Program-made: the position numbers and the translations under genes
IMG/VR virus record: IMGVR_UViG_3300048563_000113
Span: 1 to 40,336 of that record
Origin: a virus
Lineage: Duplodnaviria; Caudoviricetes
Direction: 5' to 3' (one strand)
DNA: 40,336 bases
In this document: in pieces, positions 24,001-32,189 of the stretch
How positions within the stretch are numbered: position 1 is the first letter of the stretch
Layout: every line of letters begins with the position of its first letter
Notes under the pieces: model-generated
Databases searched by the model: none
Told to the model about the DNA's origin: nothing
What the model saw: the letters and a program-made list of their open reading frames with translations, nothing else

Positions 24001-25626
24001 TCAGTACCTCGATGCGATGCCGGCGCCGCTGCGGCGGGGGCGGGATGTCGTGGCGGGGGTTGCGCCGGCGCCGGACACCGCCGCCATCCACAGCATGTGC
24101 AGGGCGTCCGGGCCGTCGTCGTGATCGGCCTTGGGGAAATGGCGCAGCTGCTCGATCAGCGTCGACTGGCTCGGGTGCAGGCGGATGAGGCCGTTGGCCA
24201 TGTGCGGCTGCAGGCTTTCGATGCGCAGCAGCTTGTCGGCGTGCGGCGTGACCGCGCGCGCCGGCACCGGGATGCCGCGCGCCGCCGAACGCTTGACCAG
24301 CTCGGTGCGCAGGAATTCCTGGAACTGGACGGTCTCGATCACCCACAGCAGGCAGTGGTATTCGCCCTGCAGCGCGATGATGTCCTCGATGATGCGATCC
24401 GGTAGGCGCTTGCGGATCTGCGCTTCGACCACGTCGAGGATGCCGGTCTGGCGGTTGAAGCCGCCCACCAGGAGCGCGGATGGGTCGCGGCTGGCGCCGG
24501 CCTTGCCCAGGGAGGGGTCGCATGCACCGAAGAACACCCAGTCGCGCAGCCGATCCACCCAAAAGCCGATGACCTTGGCGAACGGCGCCTCGTCGTCGGA
24601 GAGCGGATCGTTCTGCAGCTCGGAGTCGAATGAGGCGTGGCCGTCGCGGGCACGCATCTTCATGAGGGCGACGAGCGGCCGGCCTGCCGGCCAGCTCACT
24701 TCGGCGGCTTCGTCCATCGCTTCCTTGGCGAGTTCGTAAAACTTGTCCGCCGCGCGCTCGCCGAAGCTGAGCAGGAGGTTTTCCCACTTGTCCCAGAGAT
24801 CCATGCGATCGGGCCAGCGCATCACCGCCTTGAACTTCATCGCGCGCCAGAGCGGGTTCTTCAGCAGCCGGGAGAGCACCGAGTCGTAATGCAGGATGGT
24901 GCCGATGATGATGGCGTCGAACTTCTCGCCGGCGCCGCCAAGCTTGAGCACCGCGCGGGTGATCCAGCCCTGCAGCTTGTCGCGCTGCTCGGGCGTGCGC
25001 ACGTTCTCGTCGTTCTCCAGATCGTCGCCGACGAACAGGTCGGGCCGGTGCGGGCCGTGCCGCCGGCCGCGAATGCGCTTGCCGCTGCCGACCGCCTCGA
25101 TCTTGCGGTCGTTCTTCGTGACGACGACGCCGGCCTGCCAGACGCGGCCCCGGCCCGTCGCTTCGGGGAAGTCCATCGCCAGGCGCGGGTTGGCCTCCAG
25201 CTCGGCCTTGATCGCCTCCAGCATGATGGCCGCCTGGTCGAAGGCGTCCATGCCGATCATCGGATACCACTTTCGCCCCGTGACGACGCACCAGATGACG
25301 AAGATCTGCGAGGTGATGGTGGACTTCGCCTCGCCGCGCGGCGCGGCGATGGCGTCGGTCTCGCTCTTGTCCGAATCGGCGATCTCCGGCAGCCGCGCAT
25401 ATAAGTAATCGTGCAGGCGGCTGTTGGCCTTCTTCACATAGTGTGGAAAGTAGGTGCGGGCGAAGAACTGAAAGTCAGCCTGCGCAACACGGCGGCGCTC
25501 CCGGCTGGCCGCCGGATCGGGATCGAAGCCGTCGACCTCGGCCTCGATCAGCGTGCGGAATTCGCCCGCATACCGGGCGACTTCTTCGAGGAAGGCGCGG
25601 CGGGAGGTCTTACTGCTGGCTGCCAT
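24001..25626 (-). CDS. Terminase large subunit
   Basis: Walker A APRGEAKST, Walker B FVGDDLE, nuclease motifs DPSLG and HDDGPDAL. Confidence 0.93.
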   Translation of the reverse strand: MAASSKTSRRAFLEEVARYAGEFRTLIEAEVDGFDPDPAASRERRRVAQADFQFFARTYFPHYVKKANSRLHDYLYARLPEIADSDKSETDAIAAPRGEAKSTITSQIFVIWCVVTGRKWYPMIGMDAFDQAAIMLEAIKAELEANPRLAMDFPEATGRGRVWQAGVVVTKNDRKIEAVGSGKRIRGRRHGPHRPDLFVGDDLENDENVRTPEQRDKLQGWITRAVLKLGGAGEKFDAIIIGTILHYDSVLSRLLKNPLWRAMKFKAVMRWPDRMDLWDKWENLLLSFGERAADKFYELAKEAMDEAAEVSWPAGRPLVALMKMRARDGHASFDSELQNDPLSDDEAPFAKVIGFWVDRLRDWVFFGACDPSLGKAGASRDPSALLVGGFNRQTGILDVVEAQIRKRLPDRIIEDIIALQGEYHCLLWVIETVQFQEFLRTELVKRSAARGIPVPARAVTPHADKLLRIESLQPHMANGLIRLHPSQSTLIEQLRHFPKADHDDGPDALHMLWMAAVSGAGATPATTSRPRRSGAGIASRY

Positions 25627-26119
25627 ACGCGCGCGCCAGTTCGTCGGCGAACGGCTCCAGCACCTCGGCGAAGGCGGCGCCGTGGCGCGGATGCTGCGCC
25701 CGGATGAACTCGCCCAGGCGCCTCATCACGTCCATGCCCACCGCCAGCCGATCCGTCTCCGGCATCAGCCGGCGGCTGGCGGCCATCAGCTTGTTGTAGG
25801 CGTCGGCCAGGCTGGAGAGCGCCTTGACCTTCTCGGCCGGCGGCATGTCTGGCGATGCCTGGATTGTTTCGACGGTGGCCTGCACTTGCTGCACCACCAC
25901 GGCAAGGGTTTGCCGCACCACGTCCTCGATGCCGCCGCCGGCGATCATCTGCGCGGCGCGCGCCTTTTCCCAATCGTCGCCTGCGGCGAGCGCATCGCGC
26001 TTCCAGCGCTTTGCGGTGGCGATCGGCACGCCGGATTTCAGCGCGGCCACTTCCAGGCCGAGCTGCTGGAAGATGAAAGCCGCGCGCACGGCGCGGCGGA
26101 TGTCTTCGCCGTGGGCCAT
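25610..26119 (-). CDS. Terminase small subunit-like protein (DUF1804)
   Basis: MAHGEDIRRAVRAAFIF...TAKRWK...GDDWEKARAA; immediately before terL. Confidence 0.85.
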   Translation of the reverse strand: MAHGEDIRRAVRAAFIFQQLGLEVAALKSGVPIATAKRWKRDALAAGDDWEKARAAQMIAGGGIEDVVRQTLAVVVQQVQATVETIQASPDMPPAEKVKALSSLADAYNKLMAASRRLMPETDRLAVGMDVMRRLGEFIRAQHPRHGAAFAEVLEPFADELARAYGSQQ

Positions 26120-26123
26120 GACG

Positions 26124-26360
26124 CTAGAAGCCCTCGGGGCGCGCAACCGCGCGCACCAGAGCCATAAAACCCTTTTGCAGGTCGGTCTTGCCGATGGCGA
26201 TCCACCGACCGTCGAACTGGCCGCGTTCCTTCGCCGCCAGTTCGAGCATCTCGATGAGCGCGCCGACCTCGACGGCCTTGGCCTTGATCTCGTTCATTAC
26301 CGCGATTTCCTCCGGTGTCAGGTCGCGATAACCTTTGATGTGCTTGTGCTGGTTGTCCAT
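26124..26360 (-). CDS. acb2: Anti-CBASS cyclic-nucleotide sponge Acb2
   Basis: MDNQHKHIKGYRDLTPEEIAVMNEIK...GRWIAIGKTDLQKGFMALVRAVARPEGF matches the Acb2 signature as I recall it, including Y11 and K26. Confidence 0.88.
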   Translation of the reverse strand: MDNQHKHIKGYRDLTPEEIAVMNEIKAKAVEVGALIEMLELAAKERGQFDGRWIAIGKTDLQKGFMALVRAVARPEGF

Positions 26361-26373
26361 GAGCCTCCCGCGA

Positions 26374-26670
26374 TTAATTGGTGATCTCGTCCGGCCCCGG
26401 CCGGCGCACGCCGGGGGTCTGCGTCTTGCCCAGCGCCACGTCGGCGCCGCGCTCGGTGAGGCGCACGGCGTCCATCTCCAGCGGCTCGACCAGACCCTGC
26501 TCGGCCAGCCAGGCGAGATCCGTCGCCAGGCGGTCGGCGCTGACGATGTAGCCGGTCAGCTCGACCTGGGCGCGCAGCGCGGCGCGAGCCATCGTGTAGC
26601 CCGGCGCGAAATACAGAGCGAGCAGGATGGTCAGCCGGCGCGCGGCTTCGACGGACTGCGCGTAGCTCAC
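26374..26670 (-). CDS. Mu gp26-like winged-helix protein
   Basis: RRLTILLAL...DLAWLAEQGLV...LTERGADVALG...PGVRRP. Confidence 0.85.
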   Translation of the reverse strand: MSYAQSVEAARRLTILLALYFAPGYTMARAALRAQVELTGYIVSADRLATDLAWLAEQGLVEPLEMDAVRLTERGADVALGKTQTPGVRRPGPDEITN

Positions 26671-26996
26671 GACTTACCCCCATTGAGCAAATGTTGATGA
26701 ATGAGGTTGAGCACGTTTTTGACTCCGGCGAACTCACCGGCCAGAGAGTTCATGGCGTTGGCTACTGCCGTGACGCGGTCATGCAGATCACCGAGATCGT
26801 TGTGAGTCGGCGCGCCGTCGGCCTTGGCTTCGAGATGAGCAAGCTGTTTCCCCTGCGTGCCGAGCGTCGTCTCCACCTGGTCGATGCGCGCATTCGTTTT
26901 GTCGCTGCGCTTCTCCATATAGAGCCAGACGCCGATGCCGAAGGTGCCGATCATGTTGATGACAGTGAGCCAGGTCTTGATGACTTCGAGGTCCAT
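26667..26996 (-). CDS. Mu gp25-like membrane protein (DUF2730)
   Basis: N-terminal TM segment plus coiled coil, ending LIHQHLL; position. Confidence 0.75.
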   Translation of the reverse strand: MDLEVIKTWLTVINMIGTFGIGVWLYMEKRSDKTNARIDQVETTLGTQGKQLAHLEAKADGAPTHNDLGDLHDRVTAVANAMNSLAGEFAGVKNVLNLIHQHLLNGGKS

Positions 26997-27003
26997 GCTT
27001 TTC

Positions 27004-27234
27004 CTATCCGTGGCGCGCGGCCATCTCCAGTTCGGTTTGACATTCAATGCAGGTCTGCACGCCGGGCATCGCGCGGCGGCGCTTCATCGGGATGCCGGCG
27101 CCGCACAGGCGGCACTCGTCGGCCGAGTCGCGCCAGGTCTTGCCCGTTAATCCGGCGCGGCGTGCCTGGGCGCTTAACGCGTCCTCGCGCATCTGCTCTT
27201 CGTGCTCGGTGGCGCGGTCGTAGATGTCCGTCAT
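27004..27234 (-). CDS. TraR/DksA C4-type zinc-finger protein
   Basis: DIYDRA...CRLCGAGIP..RR.A.PG...CIECQ. Confidence 0.88.
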   Translation of the reverse strand: MTDIYDRATEHEEQMREDALSAQARRAGLTGKTWRDSADECRLCGAGIPMKRRRAMPGVQTCIECQTELEMAARHG

Positions 27235-27827
27235 GACCGAGCGGCATCCACGTGGCCGCGAATGCGGTCGGCGATCCACGGCCCGTAGGCTTCGAGCTTT
27301 TCCGGGGTGAGGATTTCCAGGTGCCCGCGCGCCTCGGGCAATCCTTCCGGGTGTCGCTCATCGGTGAAAATGTTCGTGATGCGCGGATCATCCGGGCCGT
27401 TGTAGCCGTCGCGGCCGAGGGCGCCCCACATGTGGCCGAAGAGCAGCGTGGAGACCGTGAGCACGCCGTCGTCGCGGTTGGCGATGACATCCACCCACGG
27501 CACTTGCGGCGCCCACGGGCGGTCGGCATCGAGCGCGCCCTGGATCGCCACCACGCCGCCCGCCGGCACGCCGAAATCGCAGATCAGCGCCGCCACCGCC
27601 ACGCCGTTGGAATGCCCCATGAGAATGTCGCCGGGCGCGACGGAGTCGGCGAAGCAGGCGGCGAGCTTCTCGTTCGTCCAGCGCGCCTGCCACCATTTGA
27701 GTGTGCCATAACTGCGGACTCTGACGTTGAAGCCGGCCGCTTCCAGATAGGGCGCCAGCAGGCGCGGGCTGCCGCCGCGTTCCTCGACGTGGATGCCGTG
27801 GATGAGGTGGATGGTCGGCTGCTTCAT
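27231..27827 (-). CDS. Alpha/beta hydrolase (lipase/esterase-like)
   Basis: IHLIHGI oxyanion motif, GHSNG nucleophile elbow, candidate Asp (NRDD) and His (RGH); coupled to the endolysin stop. Confidence 0.8.
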   Translation of the reverse strand: MKQPTIHLIHGIHVEERGGSPRLLAPYLEAAGFNVRVRSYGTLKWWQARWTNEKLAACFADSVAPGDILMGHSNGVAVAALICDFGVPAGGVVAIQGALDADRPWAPQVPWVDVIANRDDGVLTVSTLLFGHMWGALGRDGYNGPDDPRITNIFTDERHPEGLPEARGHLEILTPEKLEAYGPWIADRIRGHVDAARS

Positions 27828-28399
27828 TCGGCATCCTCCAGAATGCAGCCTGGGCGCGGCAGCATGTCGGCGCGCAGCCACGCGGCCACGTTGAATCCGG
27901 GACAGGTCTTGAGCCACTCATGGGGCTCGACCGTGCCGTCGCCGTCGACGTCCGGCGAGAGGTCGCGGTGGCCGGCGACGCGAGCGCCGGGGAATTCCTT
28001 TTTCAGGCGCTCGACCAGCGCGGCGAGCGCGCTCCATTGCGCCCGGGAAAACTTGTCGGTGCCGACGACGCAGATGCCGACGGAGCGGCGGTTATGACCG
28101 GCGACGTGAGCGCCGATCTCGACAAGATGGCGGCCGGTGGCGATGGCGCCATTCGTGTAGATGACGAAGTGGTAGCCGATGCTGCCGAGCTGGGAATTCT
28201 GCCGGGCGCGCCACTCGCCCTGGCGCTTGAAACCGCGCAGCGCGTGCCAGTGGTCAATGTCGAGCGTGGACACCCAGCGGCCGTTCGGCGTGGCCGAACA
28301 ATGAACGACGATGAGATCGACGCGCCGGCCGTTCGCAGGTGCGATCTCCCCCCTTTGCAAAAGGGGGGCCGGTGGGGATTTTGCGGCGGCGCCAGGCAT
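27824..28399 (-). CDS. Endolysin, N-acetylmuramoyl-L-alanine amidase (T7 lysozyme-like)
   Basis: IVVHCSAT...IGYHFVI...GAHVAGHN..SVGIC...GHRDLSPD...KTCPGF. Confidence 0.92.
   Translation of the reverse strand: MPGAAAKSPPAPLLQRGEIAPANGRRVDLIVVHCSATPNGRWVSTLDIDHWHALRGFKRQGEWRARQNSQLGSIGYHFVIYTNGAIATGRHLVEIGAHVAGHNRRSVGICVVGTDKFSRAQWSALAALVERLKKEFPGARVAGHRDLSPDVDGDGTVEPHEWLKTCPGFNVAAWLRADMLPRPGCILEDAE
28346..28382. repeat. In-frame palindromic repeat, copy 2 (endolysin N-terminus)
   Basis: CTCCCCCCTTTGCAAAAGGGGGGCCGGTGGGGATTTT. Confidence 0.65.
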
Positions 28400-28406
28400 G
28401 CGCGCC

Positions 28407-28457
28407 AGTTTCGCGCGCGCGCAGCCGTGGTTGCAGGGGGAAGCGGCTCGGGGGTTA
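28407..28457 (-). promoter_or_regulatory. Late promoter (lysis operon) with Mor/C-type activator box
   Basis: TAACCCCCGAGCCGCTTCCCCCT, 22 nt, then GAAACT; the ATG follows 7 nt later. Confidence 0.7.
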
Positions 28458-28498
28458 CATCTTGCCGAGCCGGGCGGCCTGGCCAAATTGCGACTATA

Positions 28499-28963
28499 TC
28501 AAAACAGACATTCCTGCGTCGACGCCGGCGCGGCGTCCGGCCTATCGACGACCTTCTCCACCTGGCGGTAGACCAATCCATACTTCAGGCCGAGGATCTG
28601 CACGGCCTGCGTCTTGCTGCAGCCGTCATCCAGCGTGAGTTGGTCGAACTCGGCGCGCATGGCGCGGTGGCGCAGCTCGTCGCGCGCTGCGCGGCACATC
28701 GGCACTTCGATCACGTCGCCGCCGGCCCAGGCGGCGAGCTGCTCAGTCGCTTCGATGCCAATGATACCCACGATGATCTGCCATTTCTTCGCGCCGGCGA
28801 CGTTGGCGTCCGGCCGGCGCGGCATTTGGAACTGCACGCCCGGCCAGGCATTGAGCAGCGCCAACGCTGGCTTGATGCCAAGGCGCTTGATGAGATCGTG
28901 CGCGGTGCCGGGCAGCAGGTGGCCGACCGTCGCGATGTCCTCGGGGGTGAGCGGCTGCATCAT
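28499..28963 (-). CDS. mor: Mor/C-family late transcription activator
   Basis: LLPGTAHDLI...GGDVIEVPMC...LGLKYGLVYRQVEKVV C-terminal HTH; last gene before lysis. Confidence 0.8.
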   Translation of the reverse strand: MMQPLTPEDIATVGHLLPGTAHDLIKRLGIKPALALLNAWPGVQFQMPRRPDANVAGAKKWQIIVGIIGIEATEQLAAWAGGDVIEVPMCRAARDELRHRAMRAEFDQLTLDDGCSKTQAVQILGLKYGLVYRQVEKVVDRPDAAPASTQECLF

Positions 28964-29193
28964 CGCGTTTTCCCCTTCACGACCGTCTCCATGCCTTTCG
29001 GCATCCAGGTGAGGCCGCGCGAATCGAGCCAGCCAAGGACGAGCCCCTGGTCGATCCTGCGCGCCATGTCCTGATCGATGATGATTCGCACATCGCGCGG
29101 CCGGGCGGTTCTCTCGAACCACGCCCAGGCGACCACCGCGCCGAAGCCGGCGCCGACGAGGAAGACGAAGGCGATCATGGCGTGGCCGCTCAC
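28960..29193 (-). CDS. Small membrane protein
   Basis: TM segment MIAFVFLVGAGFGAVVAWAWF; coupled on both sides. Confidence 0.65.
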   Translation of the reverse strand: MSGHAMIAFVFLVGAGFGAVVAWAWFERTARPRDVRIIIDQDMARRIDQGLVLGWLDSRGLTWMPKGMETVVKGKTR

Positions 29194-29669
29194 GCCCGCC
29201 CCTCCCGCCGCCGGATGCGCTCGACCCGGTAGACCATCGCCTGGACGACGTTGGCGAGATCGGCGCCACTCCACAGCGGCGCGGGCTTTTTGATCTCCTG
29301 CCCGAGGCCAGCCATGCTCCGCGCGATGCCCTCGGCGTAGGCGCGCTGCTTGCCGCGCGCAATGCCGGCATCGCGGCAGAGCACGATGAGGTATCGCCAC
29401 TGCTTGCGCTCGTGCTCGGGACGGGCGTCGACGAAGCTCCATTCGTTTGGTCTCTCCGGGCGCTTGCCGCCGATGCGCGCGCCGCAGCCGGCCAAGTGGT
29501 CGAGCACGCGCTTCCTGCCCGCCCAGTCGAGATCCGCCGCCGAGCGCACGCGGGCGACGGCCCACAGCATGTCGCGGTAGGTGGCCTCGTCCATGCCGAG
29601 CTGGCCGCGCGCGATGTGGATCGCGGCCAGCTCGCGCTTGCGGAGGTCAGGGGCGGGTTTCATGGGCAT
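29190..29669 (-). CDS. gemA: GemA / Mu gp16-family regulator (DUF1018)
   Basis: LAAIHIARGQLGMDEATYRDML...SAADLD...VLDHL..CG. Confidence 0.88.
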   Translation of the reverse strand: MPMKPAPDLRKRELAAIHIARGQLGMDEATYRDMLWAVARVRSAADLDWAGRKRVLDHLAGCGARIGGKRPERPNEWSFVDARPEHERKQWRYLIVLCRDAGIARGKQRAYAEGIARSMAGLGQEIKKPAPLWSGADLANVVQAMVYRVERIRRREGRA

Positions 29670-29671
29670 GA

Positions 29672-30097
29672 TCAGTAGCCGATCTTCACGACGGAAATGT
29701 CGGTGCAGGTCTTGCGCAGGTGGCGGGTGAATGCCTTGGCGTTGGTCCAGTACGGCGCCCATGTCGACACCGACGCCGTCGCCATGTCCCGAAACCGCTT
29801 GCGCCAATCCGCCGTCAGGCAGCGATTCTTCGCATCGGTCTTGAGCTTTTCCCGCTGTTTGGCCGAGTAGAGAAAACGCTTCATCTCCCTGTGGAATTTT
29901 CGCGCCTCCTCGGCTTCGCCCTTCATCCACTCTCCACGCACATATCCATTGACGTAGACGACGATCCCTTGGCGCATGGGCGCGATGCTTTTGACCTCGG
30001 CGTTGATCTTGTACCCATCGCAAAGCAGCTCCACCCGTCCGAAAAAACCGGAGAGCTGCTGCTCGATTTCCGCCCATTGATCCTTGGTGGTGCTCAT
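29672..30097 (-). CDS. Hypothetical phage protein
   Basis: 141 aa, protein-like (QWAEIEQQL...VELLCDGYKI...VYVNG). Confidence 0.75.
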   Translation of the reverse strand: MSTTKDQWAEIEQQLSGFFGRVELLCDGYKINAEVKSIAPMRQGIVVYVNGYVRGEWMKGEAEEARKFHREMKRFLYSAKQREKLKTDAKNRCLTADWRKRFRDMATASVSTWAPYWTNAKAFTRHLRKTCTDISVVKIGY

Positions 30098-30103
30098 GTC
30101 AGC

Positions 30104-30367
30104 TCAATGCCTTTTACGGGGCCGCCAGCCCGCTCTTCGGGCGAGTCTGCAACCCCCCCCCCCCCTCGATTCCAGGTGCAGCTCGCCATTCATGGTGAGG
30201 CGGCGCGCGGATACGCTGCGCAGGCACTCGCCCTCGACACGCCGGATGCGCACCTTGACCAGCTTGCCGATCTCGACCACTTCGACCGGGAAGTGCAGGT
30301 TGTCCTCGGCGCCCTGCGGCGGCCAGTAGGTGTAGGTTTTCCCGATCTCGATTTCCGCGATCTTCAT
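30104..30367 (-). CDS. Small hypothetical protein with a G13 tract near its 3' end
   Basis: MKIAEIEIGKTYTY...; GGAGG RBS, ATGA overlap; C13 at 30153-30165 on the + strand. Confidence 0.65.
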   Translation of the reverse strand: MKIAEIEIGKTYTYWPPQGAEDNLHFPVEVVEIGKLVKVRIRRVEGECLRSVSARRLTMNGELHLESRGGGGCRLARRAGWRPRKRH

Positions 30368-30678
30368 GACTGGCCTCCTGCCGTGATCTGCCTGGCCTCG
30401 ACGATGCGCATGCCGATGCGGTGGGCGACGTGCAGCTCCAGGTGCGCGCCCTGCGAGATCATCCAGCCGTCGAGGAGCGCCAGGGTGTCGCAGGTGAGCA
30501 GCGCCTGAAGGTCGTTGCGCAGGCACTGGTCCCAGGTGACGCCGGGATCAGGGTTGATGTCGACCGGGTTCACCACGTCGTAACCAAGGGCGCGCAGGCG
30601 CGCGGCCTCGGCGTTGAAGGCGGGGAAGTTGTGCTCCGGCATGCCGGACATCGGGCCGCTGATGTAGATGCGCTTCAT
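30364..30678 (-). CDS. DUF4406 nucleoside 2-deoxyribosyltransferase-like protein
   Basis: RIYISGPMSG..EHNFPAF...VVNP...CD.LALLDGW..SQGAHLE. Confidence 0.88.
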   Translation of the reverse strand: MKRIYISGPMSGMPEHNFPAFNAEAARLRALGYDVVNPVDINPDPGVTWDQCLRNDLQALLTCDTLALLDGWMISQGAHLELHVAHRIGMRIVEARQITAGGQS

Positions 30679-31013
30679 GCCGCATCCTCGCGGACGTGCT
30701 CGATCGCCTTGCCCGGCTCGGCGGTGCGCCAGTCGGGCCATTTGCGCGTCTCGTTCCGGTGCAGCTTCTCGACGAGGGCCAGGGCGATATCTTCCGGGCT
30801 GTGTCCGGCGCGCCATGCGCCGTCGAGGGCCAGCAGGACCACGTCGATCCACTCGGTCAGGTCGCCCGGCTTGACCTCGATCTCCATCAACTCCTTGCGG
30901 ATGTGGTCGAGCACGCCGGCCGTGCGCGCGCCGGGGCCGAAGGTGCGCGCGGAAAATTCGCGTTGGCGGTGCAGGTGGGCGACCAGGTCGAATCTGAGTA
31001 GGGTGACGGTCAT
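30675..31013 (-). CDS. DUF550 dATP/dGTP pyrophosphohydrolase-like protein
   Basis: FSARTFGPG...DHIRKELMEI...EWIDVVLLALDGAWR...RKWPDWR...AIEH. Confidence 0.88.
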   Translation of the reverse strand: MTVTLLRFDLVAHLHRQREFSARTFGPGARTAGVLDHIRKELMEIEVKPGDLTEWIDVVLLALDGAWRAGHSPEDIALALVEKLHRNETRKWPDWRTAEPGKAIEHVREDAA

Positions 31014-31240
31014 TTGCGCGCCTCCTGCCATCCGTCCAGCCGTCCATCCAGGTGCTCCAGTTCGCCGCCGGCGGCATCGAGCAGCTTGAACTTGAGCTGG
31101 GAGCGTGCGGCCTTCACCAGCGTCTCGCAGGCGCGCTTGACGGCGTCGCAGTCTTCGCTCTTGCAGGTGAGGACGTTCATCCAGGAGCCGGAGGCGTTCG
31201 CCTTCAGGCTCACTTCCGTGAAATCGCGCTCGGTTTTCAC
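31010..31240 (-). CDS. Hypothetical protein
   Basis: 76 aa, translationally coupled on both sides. Confidence 0.65.
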   Translation of the reverse strand: MKTERDFTEVSLKANASGSWMNVLTCKSEDCDAVKRACETLVKAARSQLKFKLLDAAGGELEHLDGRLDGWQEARK

Positions 31241-31845
31241 GACCGCGCCCCTTCGGCTGCCGCCGCCCGCTTCGCCTTGCCCTTCTTCGCCTTCGGCGCT
31301 TCGTCCTCGCCCTGGCGGTCGGCGGCGGAGGCGATGACGATGCGGGTGAGCTTCTCGGCGTCGTTGTCGCCAATGGTGATGAAGTGGGCGTCGACGCCGG
31401 TGATGGTGCGGATACCCAGCGCGACGCGTTGCTTCTGCTCAAGGCCCGGCACGGCGTCGATGATCAGGCTCTCCTTCTGGCGGATGAGGAGCGGCGCCAG
31501 CTCGGGGAACAAGGCCTTGATGCGGGCGATGACGGCCTCGTCGTCGTCCCAGTCGAATGTGTCCGCGGCCTTCATGTAGCCGCAGCGCACGCCGTCGACG
31601 CTGAGGCTGCGCGGCTTCTTGAAGAGCTGCGGCGCGTCCATGAGCAGGGCATCGAGCCGGGCGCGCGCCTCGGCCTCGGCTACGGCGTAGCCGTCGATGG
31701 TGGCCTTGTAGCGTTCGAGGATCGGCGCGATGGCGGCCTTGATCTCGGCGTTCAACAGGGCGGCGGTGAAGGCGGTGTCGTTGTGGGCGTTGGCCAGGCG
31801 CTGCGCGGCGGCGCGGATGTCTTCGAGGGTGACGAGGGCTTGCAT
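31237..31845 (-). CDS. gam: Gam-like host-nuclease inhibitor
   Basis: Long N-terminal helix, LFKKPRSLSVDGVRCGY, LIRQKESL, LGIR; early operon. Confidence 0.75.
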   Translation of the reverse strand: MQALVTLEDIRAAAQRLANAHNDTAFTAALLNAEIKAAIAPILERYKATIDGYAVAEAEARARLDALLMDAPQLFKKPRSLSVDGVRCGYMKAADTFDWDDDEAVIARIKALFPELAPLLIRQKESLIIDAVPGLEQKQRVALGIRTITGVDAHFITIGDNDAEKLTRIVIASAADRQGEDEAPKAKKGKAKRAAAAEGARS

Positions 31846-31855
31846 GGGTTCTCCT

Positions 31856-32176
31856 TCAGGTGGGCAGCTTCATCTGCCCGATGAGGTCGGGCAGCGGGAC
31901 GTTGCGCAGGCGCGATTCGAGCACCAGGCTGTGCATGGCGCGGGCGCGCAGGAACTGGCAGGTGGCTTCCAGCTCTGCGCCGGTGGCGGCGATGTAGTAG
32001 CCGTCCTTCGGCGTGCCGCAGACGGCGATGCCGTCCAGGCGCAGCTCGGTGACGAGGTGGCGCACCTGGCGCGGCGGTACGTCGATAAGGTCGGCGACGG
32101 CTTGGGCGGTGATGCCGTTGCCGCGCCCGATGTGGCGCGCGAGCAGGGTTTGCAGTTGCATCTTGTGGCAGAGCAT
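31856..32176 (-). CDS. HTH domain protein
   Basis: HIGRGNGITAQ...RQVRHLVTELRLDGIAVCGTPKDGYYIA. Confidence 0.8.
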   Translation of the reverse strand: MLCHKMQLQTLLARHIGRGNGITAQAVADLIDVPPRQVRHLVTELRLDGIAVCGTPKDGYYIAATGAELEATCQFLRARAMHSLVLESRLRNVPLPDLIGQMKLPT

Positions 32177-32189
32177 GGCGGCTCCTTTC

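Noticed and set aside
30098-30152. Riboswitch or hammerhead ribozyme next to the G13 tract
   Set aside because: Only a weak hairpin; the conserved c-di-GMP and hammerhead (CUGAnGA/GAAA) cores were not found.
30675-31013. Z-genome (2-aminoadenine) pathway
   Set aside because: DUF550 is present but no purZ, datZ or dedicated polymerase is visible.
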